From a virus (taxonomy: Duplodnaviria > Caudoviricetes): a stretch of DNA of 64,000 nucleotides. Below are positions 46,646 to 55,843 of this stretch, piece after piece (the stretch's first letter is position 1; every line of letters begins with the position of its first letter). The DNA lies in the IMG/VR virus record IMGVR_UViG_3300029305_005185, positions 96,001 through 160,000 of that record, one strand, 5' to 3'. Position numbers and translations under genes: made by a program. The notes under the pieces are model-generated. The model saw only the letters and a list, made by a program, of their open reading frames with translations. It searched no databases and was not told where the DNA came from.

Positions 46646-47395
46646 TTAGCCAAAAGCGTATCCGGGGTTAGTGCCGCAACCACAGCCAGTAGCGGGAACT
46701 ACATTAGCAGTTGCGTATGGTGAGCAAGTGAGGTAAGCGGGAATGGGGCAGGGTTTGAGTGTATTAATTAGAGTTTGGTTCTGTGCTAGCTGGCTGAGTT
46801 GGAAATCACGAGCTAGAATATCACGATCACGAGCTTCTAAGCGATCGCGCAAATCCTGAACCATGTTCGCGTTGATTAAAGCGCGAGTTGCTTCGCCTTC
46901 TGCGTGGATGGCATTAGTAATCTCGCAAGTATTCTTGGAATTTTCAAATCTTACGTTGTCGATGTTGCGGTTAGTTTCGCAGCAACACTGCTGAGCAGCA
47001 AAGCGATTTTCTGCGATGTTGTTATTTACGCTATTGAAGCCAACACACAAATCACGCTGTATACCATTAAAGCCCTGTAGAGTTGCAGTATTCATAGTAT
47101 AGAAACCATCGCTTAAACCATAGGTTACACCATCTAGTTTCTGTAGAATACTATTGGTGTCAAAAGCACGTTGGATGTCAGCCTGAGTAGCATATTGTCC
47201 TGCGGCAGTGGCGAGACCGGCCATTCCGGGGCCGTAGCCTTCGCCCCAACCATTACCAGTGAAAGAACGAGCCATGAACATCCATACGAGGTAGATGAAG
47301 GGGTTATTCCACATACCATTCATACCCCAAGCGTCATCATTGTTACGAGTTACAGCCGCAATGTCGGCTAAAGAGATACCATTGTCAGTCATCAT
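46646..47395 (-). CDS. Cys/Gly-rich membrane protein of a type common in clostridial phages
   Basis: SLADIAAV, TM segment, TQADIQRAFD, QQCCCET, PCPIPAYLT, GCGCG. Confidence 0.8.
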   Translation of the reverse strand: MMTDNGISLADIAAVTRNNDDAWGMNGMWNNPFIYLVWMFMARSFTGNGWGEGYGPGMAGLATAAGQYATQADIQRAFDTNSILQKLDGVTYGLSDGFYTMNTATLQGFNGIQRDLCVGFNSVNNNIAENRFAAQQCCCETNRNIDNVRFENSKNTCEITNAIHAEGEATRALINANMVQDLRDRLEARDRDILARDFQLSQLAQNQTLINTLKPCPIPAYLTCSPYATANVVPATGCGCGTNPGYAFG

Positions 47396-47409
47396 AATTA
47401 CGACCTCCT

Positions 47410-47604
47410 TTATTTAAATTGATTTATAAATTGTAAACCAGCTTGTATTTCGTTTTCTGGAATTCCTTGCTAGCGAGCCTGAAGTACAAGTTGATTTAGC
47501 ATGTTCTGATTCATATTGGGCAACCAAGCCTTAAATTGTTGTGGATTAATATTAGGTGTCCCATTGTTGGTTCGTGGTTGTGGTAGATTTTGATTGAGTA
47601 GCAT
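47410..47604 (-). CDS. Gln/Asn-rich small protein; 1 TAG
   Basis: SD AGGAGG; ..LVLQAR(Q)QGIPENEIQAGLQFINQFK. Confidence 0.7.
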
Positions 47605-47944
47605 CTTTATTTCCTCCTAAGGCATTTAGTATAGTGGATAGTTGTTTTTCAAGATTGGCTATCCTGCTTTCAATTGTTGGTTCATTATTTTCTACCGTTG
47701 TTTTTGGACTTTCCGTATATGGAGCCAATTTATAAGCCAAGAAAACTGGCATCCCATTCTACATTGACTTCATATAAAGAAGGTTCTCTTGCAAACATAG
47801 CGCCGCGGTGATTCCAGCACCAGCGGGTATGTTAGCGACCTCAAGACTATTTTGAATTACATACACATTTCCTTGCGGTTGAGGAAACATAGGCTATTGT
47901 GGGTAATAATTCGTGGCTAAGTTATTTTGGTATTGGTAGGCCAT
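47552..47944 (-). CDS. Hypothetical protein (Gln/Pro-rich N-terminus); 2 TAG
   Basis: SD AGGAGGTG; MAYQYQNN..YYPQ(Q)PMFPQPQ..YMKSM(Q)NGMP; in frame with track ORF 47552-47752. Confidence 0.75.
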
Positions 47945-48142
47945 TATTCTACCACCTCCTTTCATAGTATAAGTGGAAAAGTGGGTAGTACTTTAAATCT
48001 GCCATATGAGAATTTATGAATAGAAACTTATAAATTGTTTGACGAAAATTTTACAATTGTTACAATTTTGTTTCTAAAATAAAAATTGCACTTTTCTAAA
48101 AATTTTGTTATAATATAAAAAAAGTAAAGGAGATGAACAATT

Positions 48143-48490
48143 TTGGTTCACAATGCTATTCTGGTAAATCCAGAAAAAAACTTGGTTGTATATGCTAAAT
48201 CTACTACTTTTGATGAAAGCGACGAAATGAATTTTACCTATGAGGCTACCAATGAAGCTTTCAATCTTGCGAAAAAGGCTGATGTAAAAGGCGGCATTAT
48301 TTTCCTTGATGATGCTCCCACTCTTGATAGCGCAAAAGCTATTATTTCTGCAGGACTTAGTAAGGTAATTTATAAAATTCCTATTGAAAATGAAAATGAA
48401 GCCGCCGCTTGTCAGTTGCTTGAGCAGTATGGTATTCCCGCTATTTTTAATGATGAAATTATTGTAACAAAGCAACACGCAAAAGTATAA
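48143..48490 (+). CDS. dCMP-deaminase-like protein lacking zinc ligands
   Basis: AKAIISAGLSKVIY tail is typical; HAE and PCxxC replaced. Confidence 0.55.
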   Translation: MVHNAILVNPEKNLVVYAKSTTFDESDEMNFTYEATNEAFNLAKKADVKGGIIFLDDAPTLDSAKAIISAGLSKVIYKIPIENENEAAACQLLEQYGIPAIFNDEIIVTKQHAKV

Positions 48491-48502
48491 GGAGTGATAC
48501 TT

Positions 48503-48931
48503 ATGGAGTTTGAAAGTATCGTATTTATTATTCTTGGAACATTACTACTTGGTGGCGTAGTTGTTTGCGCTTATTTTGGCAAAGATTATCTACGCTATCA
48601 TAAAGTCTTTGCTCCAGTTCTTGAAATTCTTTGTAGTTGTATTAAGGGAATTAGTGGCATGATGCCTAATAACGCTTCTCTTATGATTCTTTCTACAGTA
48701 CTAAACGCCGCAGTTGAAGCCACCGAAATGGCAGAAACTTTGTGGCTAGAAGGAACAATTGATAAAGAACAGCGTAACGCCTATGCTAAGAATTATATCG
48801 CCGGCATTCTTGAAAAAGCAAAGATTCCAGCAGATAACAATATTAACTCAATTGTTGATGGTGTAATTGCTTTCGTATGTTATTTATTGCCGCATGGTAA
48901 TGCTCCAGTAGTTACAGATGAGGAAGTTTAA
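48503..48931 (+). CDS. Putative holin (LL-H-like)
   Basis: N-terminal TM helix; AAVEATEMAE...RNAYAKNYI pattern; upstream of lysis genes. Confidence 0.55.
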   Translation: MEFESIVFIILGTLLLGGVVVCAYFGKDYLRYHKVFAPVLEILCSCIKGISGMMPNNASLMILSTVLNAAVEATEMAETLWLEGTIDKEQRNAYAKNYIAGILEKAKIPADNNINSIVDGVIAFVCYLLPHGNAPVVTDEEV

Positions 48932-49012
48932 TGACTTCCTCTTATTTTTTTGAGAAAAATTATATGAAATTTTTTACTCTTTTCTCCACCTAAATACAAA
49001 GGAGGGAAGAGT

Positions 49013-49663
49013 ATGACAACAACAAGAATTCCCATTTATGATTTGCTAATTTTTCTTGATGAAAAGAGTGAAACTTTTGAAAGGAAAAATAACATTTTAG
49101 ATTTTGTTATAGATCATTATAAATGTTTAACAAATATAACTCTAAAGTTTTCAAAAGAATATGCAATGGAAACTTTATGTTTTTGTGATAACGGGCTAAT
49201 TGCCAATGGAAACTTCCCAGTAAAAGAAGGAATGTTAGTAAAAAATAAGAAAGGTGAATACGGCATTACATTCCAAGGATAGCACAGTTATGAGCTAGAT
49301 CCTAACCCAACACCTGTTTTATGGGTTTGGACATTAGATAGCAAAGGAATGTTGATTTCTGATTTTTTTAATGTAAATGATTGGATAAAGTGGGGGGCAA
49401 TGTCTTCTTTATATTAGTATTGTGACTATAAAGAAGGAATAGATTATAATCTTGGAGAAAGAGACATATCACGCGGCATGGTAGGAAAAGATGTATTGCT
49501 TATTCAATAGCATCTTTCTCTTTATGATGCCGATGTTCCTTTAACTGGCGAGTTTGAAGAAAAAACTGAAAATTTTATAAAAGGAATACAACGTATGCAC
49601 TTTAATTATGCTGATATAGATGGCGTGATAAAAAAAGAGCATCTTGATATTTATTTAAGGTGA
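49013..49663 (+). CDS. Protein with C-terminal peptidoglycan-binding domain; 3 TAG
   Basis: RGMVGKDVLLIQ(Q)HL..TGEFEEKT..IKGIQ..IDGVI. Confidence 0.7.
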
Positions 49664-49670
49664 TGCGATA

Positions 49671-51056
49671 GTGGATATTAAAGTTAAGTTATCTCGTGAA
49701 GAAAATATTCAATATTACGGCGCCACCGAAATCACAATAGACATAGAAGATTACTTATTAGGGGTGGTCCCTTCGGAAATAGGAAATGCAAATGTTGAGG
49801 CGTGCGCGGCTTAGGCAATAGCATCGCGAACGTATGCAATGAATACAGTAAAGACTAATGGGTATATTACTGATAAAAGTAGTATTCACTAGGCTTTTAG
49901 AGTAAGCAGGCTTACTGGATTTCCAAATGCTTATGAAGGAGTAAAGAAAACAAGAGGACAATTATTATATTATAATAATAAAATTGCGAAATGTTATTAT
50001 TGTGCTTCCAATGGTGGCCAAACCACTTCTTCAAAAGAACGTTGGGGCGGCGATTATGCTTATTTAATTTCCTAGCCCGACGAATATGATAAAGGGCCTA
50101 AAAATGGTCATGGAGTTGGATTGTCTCAACAAGGCGCCGCGGCTCGTGGAGTAGCCGGACATACATATGAATAGATTTTGTCTTTCTATTTTCCTGGAAC
50201 AAAAATTGTAAAGGAGGTGGAAGAAATGGCAACGAACAATGAAACAAAAGTTTTATCTTGGTTAGAAGAACGTATAGGCGATGGATATATTTATGGCGCA
50301 AAAGGACAAGTCGCTACTGGTGATTTTATTTTACAACAAATGGAACAATATCCAGAATATGTAAAATATGATGTAGTTTCTAAATGGATAAATAAAAAAG
50401 TTTGGGATTGCGCGACCTTAGTACGTTTCGCAATGAAAGAAGTCGGTATTTCTATGGTTAGTGGCGCTACCAGTTAGTGGAATAAAACTAATTGGCTTCG
50501 TAAAGGTAAGATTGCAGAATTGCCCAAAAATAAAATTTGCTGTTTATATCGTCGCACAGATGCAGGCATAATGTAGCACACTGGTGTTTATCTTGGCAAT
50601 GGCTACTTTATTGATGCTCGCGGTTCTTCTACTGGTGTTGTTAAAACTAAATTAGAAAAATATCCTTGGACCCATTGGGGTATTCCCAAAGGGTTGTATA
50701 CAGAAAAAGAGTTGGCAGACGCTTCTACGCCTGCTATTCCACAGGAGGTTTTGAAAGTGTTGTATAAAGCAAAAGTTATTGCAGAAAGTGGTTCTACTGT
50801 TCGCATGCGTAGTGTCGCATCTGGCTCTGCTTCTACTATTAAGAAGGTACCAGTTGGTTCAGAAGTTGAAGTTGTAGCAGAACAGCCAGAATGGAAGCAA
50901 ATTATATATAATGGCCAAACTGGTTTTATGATGGATGATTTCCTAGAAAAGATAGAGGAGGCGAAACCAAATGAGTACTATGTCAAAATCAAGTGCTCCT
51001 CAGCAGCGGAAGCCGAACGCCTCGCTAAACTTTTAGCAACAGCAGTAGCAAACTAA
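49671..51056 (+). CDS. Endolysin: SpoIID/LytB + NlpC/P60 + SH3b; 6 TAG
   Basis: EDYLLGVVPSE, AA(Q)AIASRTYA, GHGVGLSQQGA; WDCATLV, ATS(Q)W, HTGVYLG; VRMRS..GQTGFM. Confidence 0.9.
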
Positions 51057-51366
51057 TGAGGGTTTTTTGCGTAGGCTAATAACCAAAGCAAATGAACATA
51101 GCAAGAAACTTACTATTATTGATACAGTAATTTACGTATTTCTTATGATAGCGTTAATCGCAGTAATGATTATTTGGCCGCATATTGCTGATCATTGTGT
51201 AGATGCTATGGGCTATGTTACCACTGCTTTTGTAGCAGTAAGACTTGGTTATAGTGCAAAAGGCGCTGTTGAAAACTTTATGAAAATAAAATCAAATATA
51301 ACTTCACAGGGAGTTTCTAGCGTAATAGTCGAAGAGACAGTAAGTGAAGAAGAAACATTAGGATAA
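50971..51366 (+). CDS. Putative two-TM holin overlapping the endolysin 3' end; 2 TAG in a poly-Gln run
   Basis: SD GAGGAGG, MSTM..; TAG CAA CAG CAG TAG CAA; in frame with track ORF 51067. Confidence 0.7.
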
Positions 51367-51409
51367 AATTTTTTTTCTCCGATGAAAGTCGGGGGGGTTT
51401 TAGTAACAT

Positions 51410-52594
51410 ATGGCGACTAGTACGCTAAAAACAAGAATAAAACATAAAATTGATACTGCTTCCAATTGGGCAAGTTCTAGTCTTGTTCCATTGGAAGGTG
51501 AATTAATTATATATAAAGGCGATAAACCACAAATAAAAGTCGGTGATGGTTCTACTACAGTTGGAAGTTTACCATTTATCAAGGCCGGCAGTGACACAAC
51601 AATTACATAGGCATTAACAAGTGGAACGGAAATTGGTAGTATTAATATTGATGGAGTGGCAACGAAGTTGTATGCTCCTTCTACTATTGCTTGGAGTAGC
51701 GTGACTAGTAAGCCAAGTTACTATGATGCAAAAGCTATAAAATCTATTACTCGTTCTGGAACGACTTTTACCTGGACTTGTATGGATGGTACAACAGGGA
51801 CTTTTACATAGTAGGATAATAATACGACTTATTCGGCCGGAACTGGACTTACTCTTTCTGGAACTACATTTAGTTTAAACGCCACGGCAACAAAAACAGC
51901 ATTAGGATTGGGTAGTAATGCCTATACAAGTACTGCTTATTTGCCACTCACCGGTGGTTCGATGAGTGGAGCTATTGTAGCTTAGCCAAGTGCGAAAAAC
52001 ACTTTTTTATTATGGGGATCTTCGACAGATAAAAATTCATCTTATGACATCCCTTGGTATGGTTTGTCTTTTTATAATGATGGAGTATAGCAGGGAAATG
52101 CACTTGCACTGGCTAACTATTGGGGAATTAATTTTATTACTGCTGGAGATAGTAATACTCATTTATATCATAATGGAAATTTGATATTAAATACATCTAA
52201 TTATACCAATTACGCTCCAACCAAAACAGGTTCTGGTGCGAGCGGAACTTGGGGCATAAATATAACAGGATCTTCTGCAAGTTGTACTGGTAATGCGGCG
52301 AGAGCGGGATTTATTACTTGTGAAGATAACAGAGCTACTATGGCAACTCCAAATGAATATACAATGGGAGCAGATTTAGAGTTTAAATCTGCTGAAGCAA
52401 CTGGATTATCTGGTTATTCTGCTGTATTAACAGTAAAACCTTGGACTGATAGCTCAGGAGGCGTAGTTCATTAGTTAGCTTTTAATGCGTCTGGACTCTA
52501 TCATCGAATTTCCACTTCAAATTTAGCTTCTTGGGGATCTTGGTGCAAATTATGGCAAGCCGGAGATGCTGTTACTGGCGCAGTTTGGAATTAA
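51410..52594 (+). CDS. Tail fibre with Mtd_N domain; 6 TAG; ends GAVWN
   Basis: One frame; TAG at 51608, 51809, 51812, 51983, 52088, 52472; TFT(Q)(Q)DNNTTY. Confidence 0.85.
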
Positions 52595-52674
52595 AAATAA
52601 TAAATAAAATAACACAACCGGCGCCCTGAAAAGATGGGCGCCGCCATTCTTCTGAAATGATTGGAGGTTTTAAA

Positions 52675-54363
52675 ATGGCAAAATAGTTAAATGCAAGAAT
52701 AATTACAAAGCATGATATAGAAGCCAATTGGGAAAAAGCATTGACTTTTATTCCAAAATTAGGCGAAATCATTATTTATGAGACACCAGACAAAATAATT
52801 CCTAACAAATATGACTGGACTAGCATACCTAGATTAAAAATTGGCGATGGAAAAAGTACAATTAATGAATTGTTTTTTATTACCGATGCTTTTGTTTAGA
52901 AAAAAAATGGTTGGGATTTGTCTGAAAATAATTATACTGATACTCATTGGGGTATTGTAAATAAAATAGCAAATTTAGGTTATGAACCAAAATATACTGA
53001 TACAACTTACACCGCGGGAAAAGGTTTGGGCTTAAAAGTAGAAGAAGGAGAAAATGTTTTTTATAACACTGGTATCATTTCAATTTAGGGTTCAGAAAAA
53101 AACGGTTTTATTAAATATCGTTTAAATACTGGTCTTAATGATAGTGATTATAGGGACATTGAAATTGGCATTCCGGGCTTACAACAAACTGCTTTTACTC
53201 CTTTATCCAATTTCTTAACCTCAGATTCTTTAATAAAAATTAATAACTCTATTACTAAACTAGAATCAAGCACAACTCCCGGTTCATTGAAATACACTAA
53301 TGCTGTTGGAGAAACGGGTTTGGTCGCAGTTCCAGGATTGGGTAAGTTGGCATTTAAAGATGGATTTGATGGGGATTTTATTGAGGTTGTAGAAGTAGCT
53401 GTTTAGAGTAATTAGCCCAATGACGCTATTCCAATTTGGATTAATCCTAGTGGAGAAGATAATTTAGGAATATTAAAATATTATAATAGTTATACATAGT
53501 CTTATGTTAATATAGATATAGGAGTAAAAAAAATAACTCCACTTACTGGGGGCTTTTCAAAATATGGTTTTATTGCTACGGATGGTGCTACAGAAGAAAG
53601 CTATCAATTTGGAGTTTTAGGTATTAATAATAAAAGTGACGAACCTGGTACTTTATTGGTCGAATTTAATGGAAGCACTTATGATCTCGTACTTAAAACA
53701 AATCTTACTTTTTCTTCTGGAACACAAAACGGTAGCTTTTCAGTTACTTAGAATGGTGAAACTAAAAATATTCCAATTTATGGTCTTGGTTCTAATGCCT
53801 TTACTTCTACCGCCTATCTTCCTCTTGCAGGTGGTACTGTTACTGGTGTAACCGCTTTTTCAAATACAACAAATTCCACCTCAACTTCTACCGGCGCCGT
53901 TAAAATTTCAGGTGGCTTAGGCGTTGCAAAAGATATATATGGAGCTAAAGTTCATGGCTCTGTATATAATGACTATGCTGAATACCGTCAATCTGAAGAA
54001 CTTATTGAACCCGGATATATTGTTTATTCTGGTGACGATGGAATCTTACATAAAACTGTTGGACGTTTACAATTCTTTGAAGGTATAGTTTCCGACACTT
54101 TTGGTTTTTCAATCGGTAAAACAGATAAAGCTCAAACTCCACTAGCAGTGGCTGGACGCGTGCTTGTATATACAGATGAAGAACTCCATGCCGGCAATGT
54201 AGTTTGCGCTGGTCCGAATGGTAAAGCATGTAAAATGACAAAATAGGAAATTAAAGACCACCCAGATCGTATAGTTGGAGTTGTTTCTGAAGTTCCGAGT
54301 TATGAAACTTGGGGAGAAGAAAATATTTCTGTAAATGGAAGAGTTTGGATTAGAGTAAAATAA
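52675..54363 (+). CDS. Tail fibre with Mtd_N and peptidase G2-like chaperone; 8 TAG
   Basis: SD GGAGG; MAK(Q)LNARIITKHDIEANW; GSVYNDYAEYR..PDRIVGVVSE; invisible in the standard-code track. Confidence 0.85.
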
Positions 54364-54449
54364 AAATTTGACTTTTCTAAAAATTTTGTATATAATATAT
54401 ACATAAAGTGAGTAAGAAATCACTAATAAATTAGAAAGGTGAAAATCAA

Positions 54450-54767
54450 ATGAAGTTTTATTCTGAGTACACTAAGAAGTTCTATGACACTCCCGAAGCT
54501 TGCGAAACCGCCGAACATGAATATATTCTTGCTGCAGAAGCAAAGAAGAATGAACAGGCTGCTATGCTTGAAGCCCTAAATGTTGCCAAGGCAAATCATG
54601 CCGAAGCTCAGGAAGTTGCCGCCGCAGCCAATAAGGCAAGTCGCGAAGCATATAACGAACTTATGAAGCTTGTGCGCGCCTACGCTGCGAAGTATGGTAC
54701 TGTTCCTAAGGAGTTTAATAATCTTCAGTTCCTGACTGAAATGACGCTTTCAAATTTTTTGGGCTAA
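54450..54767 (+). CDS. Ala-rich coiled-coil hypothetical protein
   Basis: Promoter TTGACT 54368 / TATAAT 54391; SD AAAGGTG. Confidence 0.75.
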   Translation: MKFYSEYTKKFYDTPEACETAEHEYILAAEAKKNEQAAMLEALNVAKANHAEAQEVAAAANKASREAYNELMKLVRAYAAKYGTVPKEFNNLQFLTEMTLSNFLG

Positions 54768-54773
54768 AAAAAT

Positions 54774-54802
54774 TTGACAACTCCGAAAATTTCGGTTATA
54801 AT
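54774..54802 (+). promoter_or_regulatory. Consensus SigA promoter upstream of the small ORF and suppressor tRNA
   Basis: TTGACA 54774, TATAAT 54797, 17-bp spacer. Confidence 0.85.
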
Positions 54803-54837
54803 ATAATCACAGAAAAGGAAAGGGAGGAATGATATTT

Positions 54838-54900
54838 ATGAAAGTATTTATTATTTCTAAAAACGAGGAAACTCCACCTAACTCCTATGGGTGCCGTTAA
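54838..54900 (+). CDS. 20-aa small ORF MKVFIISKNEETPPNSYGCR
   Basis: SD GGGAGG; own promoter; stop lies in a hairpin loop. Confidence 0.55.
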   Translation: MKVFIISKNEETPPNSYGCR

Positions 54901-54923
54901 GGCGGCACCCCACTTTTCTTTTT
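54889..54923 (+). terminator. Terminator-like hairpin directly upstream of the tRNA
   Basis: GGGTGCCG-TTAAGG-CGGCACCC then CACTTTTCTTTTT. Confidence 0.65.
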
Positions 54924-54927
54924 ATAT

Positions 54928-55018
54928 TGGGGTATAGTTTAATGGTAAAACAGCGGTCTCTAAAACCGTAATCATTCTGCGTGAGCAGTTCTGAGTTCGA
55001 ATCTCAGTACCCCTGCCA
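54928..55018 (+). tRNA. Amber suppressor tRNA (anticodon CUA), probably Gln-accepting
   Basis: Acceptor TGGGGTA/TACCCCT-G-CCA; anticodon arm GCGGT-CTCTAAA-ACCGT; T arm CTGAG-TTCGAAT-CTCAG; 21-nt variable region. Confidence 0.93.
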
Positions 55019-55088
55019 TTTAAGGCGCATTCAGCAATTTATAGTTTTTTGATAGTGAATGGACTTACAAAAATTGCGTCTTGAAAAT

Positions 55089-55117
55089 TTGACAAATTTA
55101 AAAATTTATTATATAAT
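55089..55117 (+). promoter_or_regulatory. Consensus SigA promoter for the ncRNA region
   Basis: TTGACA 55089, TATAAT 55112. Confidence 0.85.
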
Positions 55118-55124
55118 ATATCTA

Positions 55125-55203
55125 CAATAAAGGAAGAGCTGTTACGTTCTTCATTGGTGATGCCTCCTCAATTCATTTCCCTTTGGTTACTCTTCCTTTA
55201 TTG
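55125..55203 (+). ncRNA. Small RNA closed by a perfect 14-bp stem
   Basis: CAATAAAGGAAGAG ... CTCTTCCTTTATTG, starting near the predicted TSS. Confidence 0.5.
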
Positions 55204-55211
55204 ATTTTTTT

Positions 55212-55843
55212 AAAAGGCTATATTTATTATTCAATATAACTCGGTGAAGTCGGATGACTTTCCGGCCGAGGCTGGTCGTATAACGAGCAGGTGAAGCCAC
55301 GACGGATACGTTTTGGCAACTGTTCTCTTGGTTGTATAGTGATATACACTGACGAGTGCGAACGCACAAGGTTAAGACCAGGCACTTCTACTTTCGCCAT
55401 ATAAGGTATGGACTTATCGCCAGAGCAATAGAAAGCACGGTGAATAGCCGCGCCGAATCCAATCGCCCCTTGGTTGGTGACCGTGGGACAGAGCTTTTGG
55501 AAACAACCACAATCTGGTTTTGTAGTGATGTTGAGAAATCAACTATAAGATAAGGCCGCAGTGCGAGTAGCCCAGATACAACGGATTACAAGAAAGATGT
55601 AATGACTTTACAAATAATTCTGAATGTCGGGTGAAAGTTGTGGGTAATCATTCCCACACGAGGATTGAGCTAATAAGGCCACTTGGTGGCCGAGGGTAGC
55701 AAGGCCATGGAAATTGGCTAGGGCAAGAAGTATGAGGTTCGCTACCACATACTCAGACTTGTCTTCTCGGTGACTGAATAATATGGAAGATTGAAACAGA
55801 AGCAACCCGAAGGGGTATATGTGAATAATAAATATAGTCTTTT
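55212..55843 (+). ncRNA. Large structured RNA, ROOL-like
   Basis: 632 nt closed by a 22-bp terminal helix; no credible ORF; higher GC than flanks; next to a tRNA. Confidence 0.7.

Noticed and set aside
54928-55018. tRNA-Pyl or tRNA-Sec
   Set aside because: It has canonical D-loop GG, TTC and a 7-bp acceptor with a long variable arm (tRNA-Pyl has a very short one). No pyl/sel genes are seen, and TAG aligns with Gln.
55187-55805. Short track ORFs (55187-55369, 55356-55553, 55608-55805)
   Set aside because: No SD or recognisable motifs; they overlap the structured RNA.
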